Assembly: GCA_965208125.1 (NCBI GenBank)
Contig: OZ242320.1
Span: 4,640,001-4,704,000, forward strand
Direction of reading: 5' to 3'
Source of the DNA: Candidatus Latescibacterota bacterium
Lineage (GTDB): Bacteria > Latescibacterota > UBA2968
DNA: 64,000 nucleotides
The translations under genes were made by a program, and so were the position numbers. The notes under the pieces are model-generated. The model worked only from the letters and a program-made list of their open reading frames with translations, had not been told where the DNA came from and ran no database searches. Every line of letters starts with the position of its first letter. Position 1 is the first letter of the stretch. Of this stretch, positions 47,883 to 58,073 are shown piece by piece.

Positions 47883-49688
47883 ATGGATGTGTTGCTGGAT
47901 GATGTCAAATTGCCGTCGCATTTAGATCGTCTGACAGATACGGCTCTGGATCTCAAGCGCGTACAGGACATGGTGCGCGTTGGTCCCGATGTGTTATTTG
48001 TGATATTGAGCGGCTCTTTGTTTAAGTTGACCGCAGAGAGGGCTGTGCTCGAACCCGTGTTTGATTCTGTGACGCGCTTATGGTCAGCCGATGAAAATTG
48101 TGCGCTGGTCGAATCTGAAGGCGCGCTATGGCGGGTTGATCTGGATGGTACAAAGGGGCGTTTGCTCACCATTCCCAGAGGGACGATCTCCTATGATGTC
48201 AAATGGGGAATACGGGGGTTGGTTGTGGGTGCTCTTGTGGATCGCCGCGAGCCTGTGGATCCCAAAGCACCTTATTTTTATCCTGCGTCGAGAGAAAAGG
48301 TCACGCTGTGTCGATATGCTTCAATCGAAGGTTGGCACGACCTTGCCGATGTGCCAGAAGGATGCGGGAACTTGAGTATGTGTCGGTATGGACGCCGAAT
48401 CGCCTGGCGAGAATCTCTCAATGTTATTCCAGAAGAAGCGCAGCGGGGAGAGTTTTACGGCTTTGATTTGAATACAAATGAGGTGCGAAAGTTGACCGAG
48501 GGTGCAGGCAAAGTCGGTCGCGTGGTGATGGCTTCGGATGGCTCTGCGCTTCTTTACGAAGCCAATCACGAGGCGGAGTATCCCATTACGACACATACAG
48601 ATTTGTGGTGGTTGTCCTGGGATGGCAGCGAACGGGTGAATCTCACAGAGGGCGGGCGCTGTATTGCGCGCTTTGGCTGGGGACCTCGAGAAAAAACCGC
48701 CTGGGTGTCGTTTGTAGAGGGTCTGGAAACGCAGACGGAAGTGCTGGCTCTGGATGGGACGCCAGAAGGGACATTTGGCGATCTGGACGCGGTATCAGAT
48801 ATAGTGTGGATGCCCGATGGGCTGGCTATTTTTGAAACTGAAGACGCGGAGCGATTTCCCGCAATTTGGACGGGAACGCGTTGGGTGCCCTTGCCTCAGC
48901 CGGAGAATTACGAGGATTTGCGCGTTTTAGAAATGGAATGGGAATCCCCCGATGGCATGGAGATAGAAGGGGTGCTCTACGAAGCGGATGGCCTTAGAGG
49001 CTCTGCCCCGCTGCTGGTGTCGGCACACGGGGGACCTGCTGCGCCAGTGGAGAATGTGCGCAGTGAGGTAGTTCGATATCGCCATTTGCTGCGAGCGGGC
49101 TACCGGGTTTTTCGTCCGGCATTTCGGGGTTCTCTGGGGTTTGGAGACGATTTCGCGCGGAGCAATATCGGATGCCAGGGGCGGGCCGATCTCGAGGATA
49201 TTATTTCAGGTGTCGATTTTTTGATGGAAGAGGGTCTTGCATTAAAAAATCGGGTAGGTATTTTTGGTGCGTCTTACGGGGGATATATGACACTGCGGGC
49301 ACTATCTGTGACGGATCGATTTCAGGCGGGTGTCGCGCTTTTCGGTTTTATCGACAATCGGCGGATGACTCTGGAGACGGGTGATTTTACGTATGAGACA
49401 GAGTATTTGGAACCGCTATCCTGGCCGATTACAGAGCGTACGCGCGGGGGCGATGTGTTTCCCAATTTGGGCGCAATTCGCACGCCGCTTCTGTTGCTGC
49501 ACGGCGATCAGGACCCGATTTGTCCGCTGTCAGAGTCCAAAGTCACCTGCCGCGCACTGGAATCACTGGGGGTGCCGGTGGGGTTGGTGGTGTATCCGGG
49601 CGAGGGCCATGGGTTTCGGAAAGAGAAAAACCGCCGCGATAGTGCGCGGCGGACGCTGGCCTGGTTTTTGAACTATTTGCCGCCGTGA
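47883..49688 (+). CDS. S9 family (acylaminoacyl/dipeptidyl-like) peptidase
   Basis: HGGP, FRGSLGFG, GASYGG, LHGDQD, YPGEGHGF; N-terminal propeller-like region. Confidence 0.9.
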   Translation: MDVLLDDVKLPSHLDRLTDTALDLKRVQDMVRVGPDVLFVILSGSLFKLTAERAVLEPVFDSVTRLWSADENCALVESEGALWRVDLDGTKGRLLTIPRGTISYDVKWGIRGLVVGALVDRREPVDPKAPYFYPASREKVTLCRYASIEGWHDLADVPEGCGNLSMCRYGRRIAWRESLNVIPEEAQRGEFYGFDLNTNEVRKLTEGAGKVGRVVMASDGSALLYEANHEAEYPITTHTDLWWLSWDGSERVNLTEGGRCIARFGWGPREKTAWVSFVEGLETQTEVLALDGTPEGTFGDLDAVSDIVWMPDGLAIFETEDAERFPAIWTGTRWVPLPQPENYEDLRVLEMEWESPDGMEIEGVLYEADGLRGSAPLLVSAHGGPAAPVENVRSEVVRYRHLLRAGYRVFRPAFRGSLGFGDDFARSNIGCQGRADLEDIISGVDFLMEEGLALKNRVGIFGASYGGYMTLRALSVTDRFQAGVALFGFIDNRRMTLETGDFTYETEYLEPLSWPITERTRGGDVFPNLGAIRTPLLLLHGDQDPICPLSESKVTCRALESLGVPVGLVVYPGEGHGFRKEKNRRDSARRTLAWFLNYLPP

Positions 49689-50878
49689 GGGTAATAGTCG
49701 TAGTTCGCCATGTCATAAGGCTGGGTTGAGATTGCCCAGTTGACGCCGAGTTCCGAGAAGATTTTGCCCGTGCGAAAACTGTGGTCTAACAGGTCGTCGA
49801 GCCCCCTGATGATGTGGAAAGTGGCGCCATCGCGTTTGACGACTTCGATTTCACTGTGATCGACCGTGGCGATATTGGGACAGCTTTCGTGGGCGCCATT
49901 GACGCACAGGGTTTGCGCGCGCGCGACTTCTGGCGGGCACAGGGGCGTGGCGTTGTTTTGCAATACGTCGATGGCGTTGTGAAACGGACTGTGATGGTCG
50001 CGCAAGTTGTGCTCTTCAAAGGATTCTGTGCTGCCGTCGTTGTAGCGAATGATTGAACTCGGACGACTCCATTCTACCATTCCATGTTCGCACTGGAGTC
50101 GCATGAGGGGACCAAAATTTTCGCGTGTGGAATGGGAGAGACCGATGAGGACATCAACGCCATTTGCGACCATGCGGAGTACGGCTGTGTCGAGTGTCTG
50201 GATATCGCGGGCGCGGTAGAGTTCTGCCTGCACGGTCTCGGGCATGGCCGATTCGTGTTGGGTTGCGCCGCACAGGTACATCGCATTGTTGAGGTCGTGT
50301 GCCATGGCGTTGTTGATCGGGCTGTCGAGAACCCATGTGTCGTCGAGTGTGAGCCGCCCGGCCCAGGTATTGCGGCTGTAATACAGGTTGTTGCGCGGCC
50401 AGCCGCCTTTGATGCGAATCGCGTGCAACTTGCCCAGCCGACCATCCGATAAGCGGGTTTTGATGGTCTGGATGCTGGGGGCATAGATCGATTGATATCC
50501 GATGAGCGCGATTTTGCCTGTTTTATTTTTTATATTGATTAGATGGTTGGCGTCCTGTACCGTGGCTGATAGTGGTTTTTCACAGATGACATTGAATCCC
50601 GCTTCGAGCGCTGCGACGGAATAGGGGACGTGATAGTGAATGCCAATAGGCAGGGTGACATAGTCTATGCCTCCTGCGCTGAGGAGGTCGTCAAATGTGT
50701 CGTAAACGCGAACCTTGCGGGTTTTAAATTCGGCGAGTTTTTCGGGATGATTTTCCGGGTCAATGACAACGGCGGCATCGAGGCGCGCGCATCCTTTTCG
50801 TTCGAGTGCTTCAACAGAGCGTACGTGTGTTTGTCCAAAACCGCCAATGCCAACAATGCCAAATTTTACAGGGTTCAT
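49673..50878 (-). CDS. Gfo/Idh/MocA family oxidoreductase
   Basis: GIVGIGGFG, CEKP, YYSRNTWAGR, DSPINNAMAH. Confidence 0.92.
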   Translation of the reverse strand: MNPVKFGIVGIGGFGQTHVRSVEALERKGCARLDAAVVIDPENHPEKLAEFKTRKVRVYDTFDDLLSAGGIDYVTLPIGIHYHVPYSVAALEAGFNVICEKPLSATVQDANHLINIKNKTGKIALIGYQSIYAPSIQTIKTRLSDGRLGKLHAIRIKGGWPRNNLYYSRNTWAGRLTLDDTWVLDSPINNAMAHDLNNAMYLCGATQHESAMPETVQAELYRARDIQTLDTAVLRMVANGVDVLIGLSHSTRENFGPLMRLQCEHGMVEWSRPSSIIRYNDGSTESFEEHNLRDHHSPFHNAIDVLQNNATPLCPPEVARAQTLCVNGAHESCPNIATVDHSEIEVVKRDGATFHIIRGLDDLLDHSFRTGKIFSELGVNWAISTQPYDMANYDYYPHGGK

Positions 50879-50964
50879 AAATTGCTCCTTTGTGAGAGAA
50901 TAATAAAGAAAACAAAAGCTATTGCACGAGCAACTGAAATTAGTGGCACAAATCTCAGGGGGAC

Positions 50965-51951
50965 ATGATGAAGGACGTTTTATCTGTTGGACTGATTGGC
51001 GCAGGTTCGAATGCGGGGGGACATGCGCGCGGTATTGCAGCCAATGAGAATATCCGACTGGCGGCGGTTATGGATATTGACCTCAGTCGGGCAGAGGCTC
51101 TTGCCACTGAGCACAATGCCCGCGCTTATGGGATGTTGGATGATTTATTGAATGATCCCGAAGTTGAGGCCGTGCATGTGTGTTCGATTCACAAAGTACA
51201 CGCCGAGCAGGTGATTGCCGCGGCGCGTGCGGGAAAACATGTGCTGGTTGAAAAGCCAATGGCACTGTCTGTGGCAGAATGCGACCGCATGATTGCTGCG
51301 TGTGAAGATGCCGGTGTGGTGCTGATGGTGGGACAGGTGATGCGACACTTTCCCGTGAATTTGAGGGTGAAGGCGCTGATTCAGGAGGGTGCAATTGGCG
51401 AGGTTGGACACATGATCCGCAGGCGATACGGCAATTTTGATCCTCCTGACCGGTCATGGTATCTCGATTTGGAATTGGGCGGTGTTTGTGTTTTGTATTG
51501 TTTTGGTCCGCACGAGTACGATATTTTACCCTGGTATATCGATTCTCCAGTTGTAAAGGTATATTCGCAAGGCAGTGAAAGTGCAGAGCGGTACGCAGGG
51601 CAAAAGGATTCTTATTCGACGATTATGAATCACAGAGATGGCACGGTGAGTGTGCTGACTCAAACTGTGGTGACGCATACTGGCGCACACGATACGTATA
51701 TTATGGGTAGTGAGGGATCTATCTGGATGACCAATCAGAAATTGATGGTCAATGGCAAAGAAGTGCCCATAGATGTGACATCGCGGGTAGGGATGCCCAG
51801 TCAGATTGCCGAATTTGTAGATTGTTGTCTCAATGGAAAAGTGCCCGATGCCAATGGCAGGTCTGTGCGGCATACGATGGCTGTGATTGAGGCGGTGAAG
51901 CTCAGTGCCGAGTGTGGTGAACCGGTGATGGTAAATGGAGAGGATATATGA
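50965..51951 (+). CDS. Gfo/Idh/MocA family oxidoreductase
   Basis: GLIGAG, GKHVLVEKPMA, GPHEYD. Confidence 0.93.
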   Translation: MMKDVLSVGLIGAGSNAGGHARGIAANENIRLAAVMDIDLSRAEALATEHNARAYGMLDDLLNDPEVEAVHVCSIHKVHAEQVIAAARAGKHVLVEKPMALSVAECDRMIAACEDAGVVLMVGQVMRHFPVNLRVKALIQEGAIGEVGHMIRRRYGNFDPPDRSWYLDLELGGVCVLYCFGPHEYDILPWYIDSPVVKVYSQGSESAERYAGQKDSYSTIMNHRDGTVSVLTQTVVTHTGAHDTYIMGSEGSIWMTNQKLMVNGKEVPIDVTSRVGMPSQIAEFVDCCLNGKVPDANGRSVRHTMAVIEAVKLSAECGEPVMVNGEDI

Positions 51952-53408
51952 ACCAACCCAATGTGATTATCATTATGAGCGATCAGATGAAGGCAACGGC
52001 GAGCCATTTATACGGCAGTGCGTTTTGTCATACGCCATCTTTAGAGCGGATGGCGAATGAGGGTGTGTTGTTCAAACACGCGGTTACGCCGCATCCGCTG
52101 TGTGTGCCTTGTCGCATTTCGTTTTGGACCTCTCAGTTTCCACATTCGCACGGTGGGCGGCGGAATCAGACGCTGATGCCAGGGGATGCTACGCATGCGT
52201 TTAAGCTGTGGAAAGCTGCGGGATATCGGTGCGGGCTGATTGGGAAAAATCACTGTTTTGAGGAACAAAGCGATCTCGATTTGTTCGATGTGTGGTGTGA
52301 GATCGGACATGGAGGATTGCCCAGGGACCCCACGACAAAGAGGATGTATTGGTTTCGGCCAATTGAGTCGATTAATGCAGCACATGCGGTGAGAAAGAAT
52401 ATGCCGGATATTAGTCCGCAGTTTTCATATGGGGTTAGCGATTTTCCGCTGGAGGATTATTCGACCGGGCTTGTGGCGGGGCAGACTGTGCGGTTTTTAG
52501 AGCAATTTGGCAATGAGCCGTTCGCGCTGTGGGTTTCCATTCCCGATCCCCATACGCCTTATGAATGCCCCGAACAGTATGCGATTGCACCCGATGATGT
52601 GGTGATGCCGCCCTGGCGAGCGGATGAGTATAGCGATGGTACAGCGCCCGAACGCAACCGGGTACTGCATGCGATGATTGGGGTGGAAGGGGACCCGATT
52701 GAAGACGTAAAGGGGTGCGTGGGGGTGTATCACGGGATGGTGCGTTTTTTGGATGATGGCGTGGGGCAGATTTTAGACGCGCTGGATCGACTCAATTTGC
52801 GCGAGAATACGATTGTGATTTTCTGTGCAGATCACGGCGATTTTTCGGGCGAACACGCGCAAATCGCCAAAGGAGGCGCGTTTTACGATTGTCTGACGCG
52901 CGTGCCGCTTATCGTGTCGTGGCCGGGACAGATTTCGCAGGGCGTGGTGGATGAGAGCTGTGTCAATTTGATCGATATTGTACCGACGGTTTTGCAATTG
53001 CAGGGACACGATGTGCCGCGTTCTATGCACGGGGAGGGATTGCCCACGGTTACGGATGCTACACCGAGAGATGCGGCGTTTTCAGAATACGGCGCGGGTG
53101 GGCCGGCATTTACTATGGCGGATTTAGAGCAGCTTGAGAAGCCCTGGGGACGGCGGGCTATTGGGCAGTCTTTGCAATGGCGCGAAGCTGAGGGCCGCCG
53201 CAAGATGGTGCGTTCTGCAGAATGGAAATATGTGCATGATCCTATGGGGGATCGGGATGAGTTGTACGATCTGGTGAACGATCCGTGGGAATTGTACAAT
53301 GTGGTGGATAATGCCGATCACCGCGATGTTATCGCAGATTTGCAATTAAAATTGGCGGATTGGAGTATTCGCACAGAGGACGCGAGACCCGTTCCAATGC
53401 CAGAGTGA
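51948..53408 (+). CDS. Sulfatase (Cys-type)
   Basis: PNVIIIMSDQ, CVPCR, GKNH, DPHTPY, ADHGD. Confidence 0.93.
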   Translation: MNQPNVIIIMSDQMKATASHLYGSAFCHTPSLERMANEGVLFKHAVTPHPLCVPCRISFWTSQFPHSHGGRRNQTLMPGDATHAFKLWKAAGYRCGLIGKNHCFEEQSDLDLFDVWCEIGHGGLPRDPTTKRMYWFRPIESINAAHAVRKNMPDISPQFSYGVSDFPLEDYSTGLVAGQTVRFLEQFGNEPFALWVSIPDPHTPYECPEQYAIAPDDVVMPPWRADEYSDGTAPERNRVLHAMIGVEGDPIEDVKGCVGVYHGMVRFLDDGVGQILDALDRLNLRENTIVIFCADHGDFSGEHAQIAKGGAFYDCLTRVPLIVSWPGQISQGVVDESCVNLIDIVPTVLQLQGHDVPRSMHGEGLPTVTDATPRDAAFSEYGAGGPAFTMADLEQLEKPWGRRAIGQSLQWREAEGRRKMVRSAEWKYVHDPMGDRDELYDLVNDPWELYNVVDNADHRDVIADLQLKLADWSIRTEDARPVPMPE

Positions 53409-53419
53409 GGGATATAACT

Positions 53420-54382
53420 ATGAGCCAACCACATCCGGAAATACAGAAATTCGTGCAGACATTTGAAAACGCAATGCACGAGGATGGTCTGACGGATTTG
53501 CACAGCGGAGGGGTGGCAGCTGCAAGGGCTTTTAACGATTCGCGCAAAATGCCAGATGATATGCTGCCGCCTATTTATCATGCGGAAGATAGCGCGATCT
53601 CGAGTAAAACGGGGGAGATCCCCATTCGCATTTATCGCCCCAATGAGGATCGAGGGTTGCCGCTTCTCATGTGGTTTCACGGCGGGGGGTGGGTGCTGGG
53701 CGATCTGGATACTGGGGAGTTTAAATGCAGAAAACTCGCGCACGATGTGGGGTGTGTTGTCGTTTCAGTTGACTACCGCCGCGCGCCAGAAACACCTTTT
53801 CCCGGTGCAATTGACGATTGTTTTGCCGCTACGTTATGGGCGGCATCTTCAGCGGATGAATTGGAGATTGATTCGTCCCGCATTGCCGTGGCTGGCGATA
53901 GTGCCGGGGGCAATCTGGCTGCCTGTGTCGCCCTTCGCGCCCGAGATGCGGGATTAAATCTCGTTTTTCAATTGCTCGTTTATCCCGTTATTGAGGCAAA
54001 TTTTGATCGTGCCTCTTATTCTGAAAATGCCGAAGGGTATTTGCTCACGGCCAGTGCGATGAAGTGGTTCTGGGATTGTTATGTTCCCAATATCGCAGAC
54101 CGCAATCATCCCGATGTCGCGCCCATTCGCGCTTCTGATCTGTCTGGCTTGCCGCCCGCGCTGGTTATGACCGCTGAATTTGATCCCCTCCGGGACGAGG
54201 CTGAAGATTATGGCCATGCCTTAAAAGCGGCAGGGATTGACGTTGTCACACGGCGTTATATTGGCATGACGCATGCGTTTTATATGCTGCCCACCGAAAA
54301 TCCCGTTAATGAAATTGCCGCGGCGACCAATGAATCCACAGAGGCATTGCGCTGGGCTTTTGATAACTGTGAGCACCAGTAG
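53420..54382 (+). CDS. HSL-family esterase/lipase
   Basis: HGGGW, VDYRRAPE, GDSAGG, FDPLRDE, GMTHAF. Confidence 0.94.
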   Translation: MSQPHPEIQKFVQTFENAMHEDGLTDLHSGGVAAARAFNDSRKMPDDMLPPIYHAEDSAISSKTGEIPIRIYRPNEDRGLPLLMWFHGGGWVLGDLDTGEFKCRKLAHDVGCVVVSVDYRRAPETPFPGAIDDCFAATLWAASSADELEIDSSRIAVAGDSAGGNLAACVALRARDAGLNLVFQLLVYPVIEANFDRASYSENAEGYLLTASAMKWFWDCYVPNIADRNHPDVAPIRASDLSGLPPALVMTAEFDPLRDEAEDYGHALKAAGIDVVTRRYIGMTHAFYMLPTENPVNEIAAATNESTEALRWAFDNCEHQ

Positions 54383-54467
54383 GGATTGCGGCTTTAGGCA
54401 GGCGTCCAAGATGGGGGAGGTTGACAATAGATTACTGATCACTGATGATCAATATAGGAGGCCATAT

Positions 54468-55532
54468 ATGTCGTCATTAAAAGAACAATACGTAGAAGAG
54501 GGATACGTCGTTGTCAAAGATGTGCTCAATATTGAGCAGGATATTTATCCCTTGCAAAAAGCCTATTCTACGCTCTTGGATGCGCTGGCGCGGATTTATC
54601 TGGTTGAAACTAATTCTGGAGCACTGGATAGATTTGATGAGATGTCTTTTCCCGAGCGGTTTGCGATGTCTCTCGGTGCGAGTCGGGGTACGATTTTACA
54701 CCATCTCGATCCCGTGCTGAATATCTTTGTTCCGACTTTTCAGTGGCGCAAAGACCTGCCCGATGCGCGGATTCCCGAAATGTTTGCTCTTATGCGCCAT
54801 CCAAAAGTCTTAGATGTTTTGGAAGTTCTTATCGGGCCGGAGATAGCTGCGTCGCCGATTTACCATTTTAATCTCAAACTCGCGCCCGATCATCTCAAGC
54901 TGGCAGATCAGGTGGCCGAGTCCGTGGGGGCAGATCTCTCAAAGGAGGGATTTTATACATTTCAGGTGGGTAAAACAGGATGGCACATGGACGCAGGTTC
55001 GGGCCTGAGAGATTCTCATGAGAGCGAGATTATCAATGCGTGGATTCCGATTACCCATGCGATCGAAGAAAATGGCTGTTTGGTGGTCATTCCCGGCAGT
55101 CACAAAGAAGGCGTTAAATACCATCCCTTTCCAGAAGATCTCGACACGCAGGGGGTTGCACTGCCCGTTGAACCTGGAGATATTGTTTTTTTAGATAATA
55201 AAGTGATGCACAGTTCTACGCCTAACACGAGTCGTGAAGATTATCGCTGGGCTTATAATTTCCGTTATTTGCCTATTGGGCAACCCTCTGGTCGTCCGTT
55301 TATACCGGGTTTTGTTGCGCGCAGCCGCTCGGCTCCAGAAACAGAATTACACAATGCCTATGTATGGAGCGCAATGTGGGTTCGCTGTCTGGATTATCTC
55401 ACTGAAAAAGGCGCGCCTGCATCTTATGAAGACAGGAGCAAAATGGGCCTTGAAGAAGCGCAGGCGGTTACCAGCCACTGGCGCGAACTCACCCCCGATG
55501 TGGATGGTTGGTTGCGCCTGGGGAAGGATTGA
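54468..55532 (+). CDS. Phytanoyl-CoA dioxygenase (PhyH) family protein
   Basis: EEGYVVVKDV, WHMD, ENGCLVVIPGSHK, PGD, MHSSTPN..R. Confidence 0.9.
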   Translation: MSSLKEQYVEEGYVVVKDVLNIEQDIYPLQKAYSTLLDALARIYLVETNSGALDRFDEMSFPERFAMSLGASRGTILHHLDPVLNIFVPTFQWRKDLPDARIPEMFALMRHPKVLDVLEVLIGPEIAASPIYHFNLKLAPDHLKLADQVAESVGADLSKEGFYTFQVGKTGWHMDAGSGLRDSHESEIINAWIPITHAIEENGCLVVIPGSHKEGVKYHPFPEDLDTQGVALPVEPGDIVFLDNKVMHSSTPNTSREDYRWAYNFRYLPIGQPSGRPFIPGFVARSRSAPETELHNAYVWSAMWVRCLDYLTEKGAPASYEDRSKMGLEEAQAVTSHWRELTPDVDGWLRLGKD

Positions 55533-55533
55533 T

Positions 55534-56493
55534 ATGGATAAGGTAAAAATCGGTATTATTGGTCTCGGCTCCTTTTGTTCGGGCTATCACATTCCGAATT
55601 TGCTCAAGAGGTCGGATGTAGAAGTCACGGCGGTTTGCGATATTTCTCAGGAGTGTTTGGACGGGCGCAATAGGAGGTTGCGGGATAGTCGGGTATTTAC
55701 CGATTATCGCGATATGCTCGATCCGGATTTGATTGATGGGGTTTTTGTCAGTACGCCCAATCGGGCGCATTTCGCGTCCTGCAAGTTGGTGCTTGAGCGC
55801 GGCATTCCGGCAATTGTCGATAAACCGATTACGGTGACTTTGGAGGATGCCGAGGAACTCGTGGCGTTGAGCAAGTCGCAAAATTGCATTTTGATGACGG
55901 CGTTCACGCGCCATTTTATGTCCAGTACTGAGTACGTGCGCAGACAAATTGCGTCTGGTGCGATCGCTCCGCAAATGCTCACGGCTGTCCAGCGGCAAAG
56001 TCCCGTCAAGCGCGGTATAGAAGACGGGGGCATGTTGCACCGGCGCACGATTCACATTACAGATGTTTTGCCGTGGATCACGGGCAAGCGCGTGGTCAGA
56101 GTGGAGGGCAAAATCCAATACGAGACCGGGCATATAGAGGAAACACTGGTGGATATGCGTCTCGAATTTGAAGGAGGTTTGTGCGCCAGTCTGCTCTGTA
56201 TCAAGACTTGCGACGAAAATCAGGATGAGGTCAACATATATACTGACAAGCAGAGTTATCGCCTGGAACGCGAACGCCTCTACACGATTAAGCGCAGGGA
56301 TGGTTGGGAGCGTGTGGAGAACCTGCCAGAGTACGGTAATTCGAGCGATCACTTTGTCGAGGCGATTAAAGGCAATCGTCCCGATCCCGATGCCCCTTAC
56401 GCCGATCCGCACAGCGAAGATGGCCTCCAGGCACTGCGCGTTGTTTTTGCTATGCACAAAGCCGCACAAACAGGGCGTGTGGTGGATGTTTAA
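55534..56493 (+). CDS. Gfo/Idh/MocA family oxidoreductase
   Basis: GIIGLG, STPNRAH, VDKP, GGML..IHITD. Confidence 0.9.
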   Translation: MDKVKIGIIGLGSFCSGYHIPNLLKRSDVEVTAVCDISQECLDGRNRRLRDSRVFTDYRDMLDPDLIDGVFVSTPNRAHFASCKLVLERGIPAIVDKPITVTLEDAEELVALSKSQNCILMTAFTRHFMSSTEYVRRQIASGAIAPQMLTAVQRQSPVKRGIEDGGMLHRRTIHITDVLPWITGKRVVRVEGKIQYETGHIEETLVDMRLEFEGGLCASLLCIKTCDENQDEVNIYTDKQSYRLERERLYTIKRRDGWERVENLPEYGNSSDHFVEAIKGNRPDPDAPYADPHSEDGLQALRVVFAMHKAAQTGRVVDV

Positions 56494-56521
56494 TTGATTA
56501 CACCTACAATAGGAAACAAAA

Positions 56522-58012
56522 ATGCCTTCTCAACCGAACATCGTTTTTATTCACGCCGAGAGCATGGATGGGCGAAAGATGGGCTGTATGGGCCATCCCG
56601 CCATGCAAAATGCCACGCCCAATATGGATCGCCTCGCCGGTGATGGGGTGCTGTTTACCAATGCGTACACCAATTGTCCAGTGTGCAATCCGTCGCGGGC
56701 GAGCATGTGGAGTGGAAAATATCCCAATTATTACGATTGCTGGAATAATCACGAAGGGCTGCGCGAGAATGTGCCCACGTATCAAAATACATTTGAGAGC
56801 GCGGGTTATCAGACCTCTGCTATCGGTCCTATAGATTACGCTTATGGCAAACACTCCATTCGCGATCGCATTGGCTCGTGGACGCGCGCGGCTAATATTC
56901 GCCGTCCTATATGTCGCACGACCTTGCCGCAAGTTGTAGATGATGGCAAGGCCAATGGGCGTGATTGGGACCGTACGTATCAGGCTGTTGATCAGTTACA
57001 GCAATACGCCAGGAGCGACCGGCCCTTCTGGCTTTATCTCACTACGGGATTGGTGCATCCCGCATTTACTGCTGAGAAACGCCACATGCCATTGATCGAT
57101 GCGGATAAGGTCGATATTCCGCCAACGTTGATGCCGCTCGAAGCCACGCACAATCAAGCGATTGCGTATCAGCGCGTGACCAAAAATTGCGATAAACAGT
57201 TCTCTGAGAATATCGTTCGAGAGATTCGGCACACCTATTTTGCGATGATCGCCGCGCTCGACGAGATGGTCGGTCGGGTGCTTCAGACCGTCGATGATCT
57301 GGGATTGCGCGATAATACGTATGTCATTTTTTCGAGCGATCACGGCGAAATGGCTGGCGATCAAAATCAAATACTCAAGCGTTCGATGTACGAGGCGTCA
57401 TCCCACGTTCCCCTCATTATTCGCGGTCCCGATGTGCAAAAAGGCGTTGTCGTCGATACGCCCGTTTCTCTCGTTGATCTATATCCCACGTTTATGGATA
57501 TGGCGCGTATTCGGTATGGCGATTATGCGGATAATGCAGCATATCCCGATACGCTGGACGGCGAATCTCTATTTCCGCAACTCGTTGGAGGGGCGGAGCG
57601 CGAACGCGATTGGGCCATGTGCGAATACCATGGCGACCGCTGTGCCACAGGCACGTTTATGTTGCGCCAGGGCGACTGGAAATACGTCAAGCACACGGGT
57701 TTTGAGTCCGAACTATTCAATCTCAAAGACGACCCCGACGAAACGACGGATCTCGTCCATGACAAACCGGAAATCGCCCGCGAGTTGGATGGATTACTGA
57801 CCGAGAATTTTGACTGCGAAGGTATTGATACACGGGCCAAAGAATACGACCGCGCAAGTTTTGTCGCATGGCGCGAGCAGGCGCGAAAAGAAGGCATCTA
57901 CGAGGATACGATGGCCCGCGTCTATAGCGGTCACGACCGCCTTTGTATTGAGGATATTGCGCCGTGGACCGACGGGGATGAACAGCAAATTGAAGCGTGG
58001 CTGGACGAATAG
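56522..58012 (+). CDS. Sulfatase, arylsulfatase K-like
   Basis: ESMDGR, NAYTNCPVCNPSRASMWSG, CWNNHEGL, IDYAYGKHSIRDRIGSWTR, SSDHGEMA, KRSMYEASSHVPL. Confidence 0.9.
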   Translation: MPSQPNIVFIHAESMDGRKMGCMGHPAMQNATPNMDRLAGDGVLFTNAYTNCPVCNPSRASMWSGKYPNYYDCWNNHEGLRENVPTYQNTFESAGYQTSAIGPIDYAYGKHSIRDRIGSWTRAANIRRPICRTTLPQVVDDGKANGRDWDRTYQAVDQLQQYARSDRPFWLYLTTGLVHPAFTAEKRHMPLIDADKVDIPPTLMPLEATHNQAIAYQRVTKNCDKQFSENIVREIRHTYFAMIAALDEMVGRVLQTVDDLGLRDNTYVIFSSDHGEMAGDQNQILKRSMYEASSHVPLIIRGPDVQKGVVVDTPVSLVDLYPTFMDMARIRYGDYADNAAYPDTLDGESLFPQLVGGAERERDWAMCEYHGDRCATGTFMLRQGDWKYVKHTGFESELFNLKDDPDETTDLVHDKPEIARELDGLLTENFDCEGIDTRAKEYDRASFVAWREQARKEGIYEDTMARVYSGHDRLCIEDIAPWTDGDEQQIEAWLDE

Positions 58013-58073
58013 ACGAACCCCGCCAACCCCCCAAAGTCGTTACAAACTCTGTTGTAGATTCGCATTTACAAAT

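Noticed and set aside
49673-49688. 3' overlaps of convergent genes (also 33159-33183)
   Set aside because: Short tail-to-tail overlaps are common in compact genomes.
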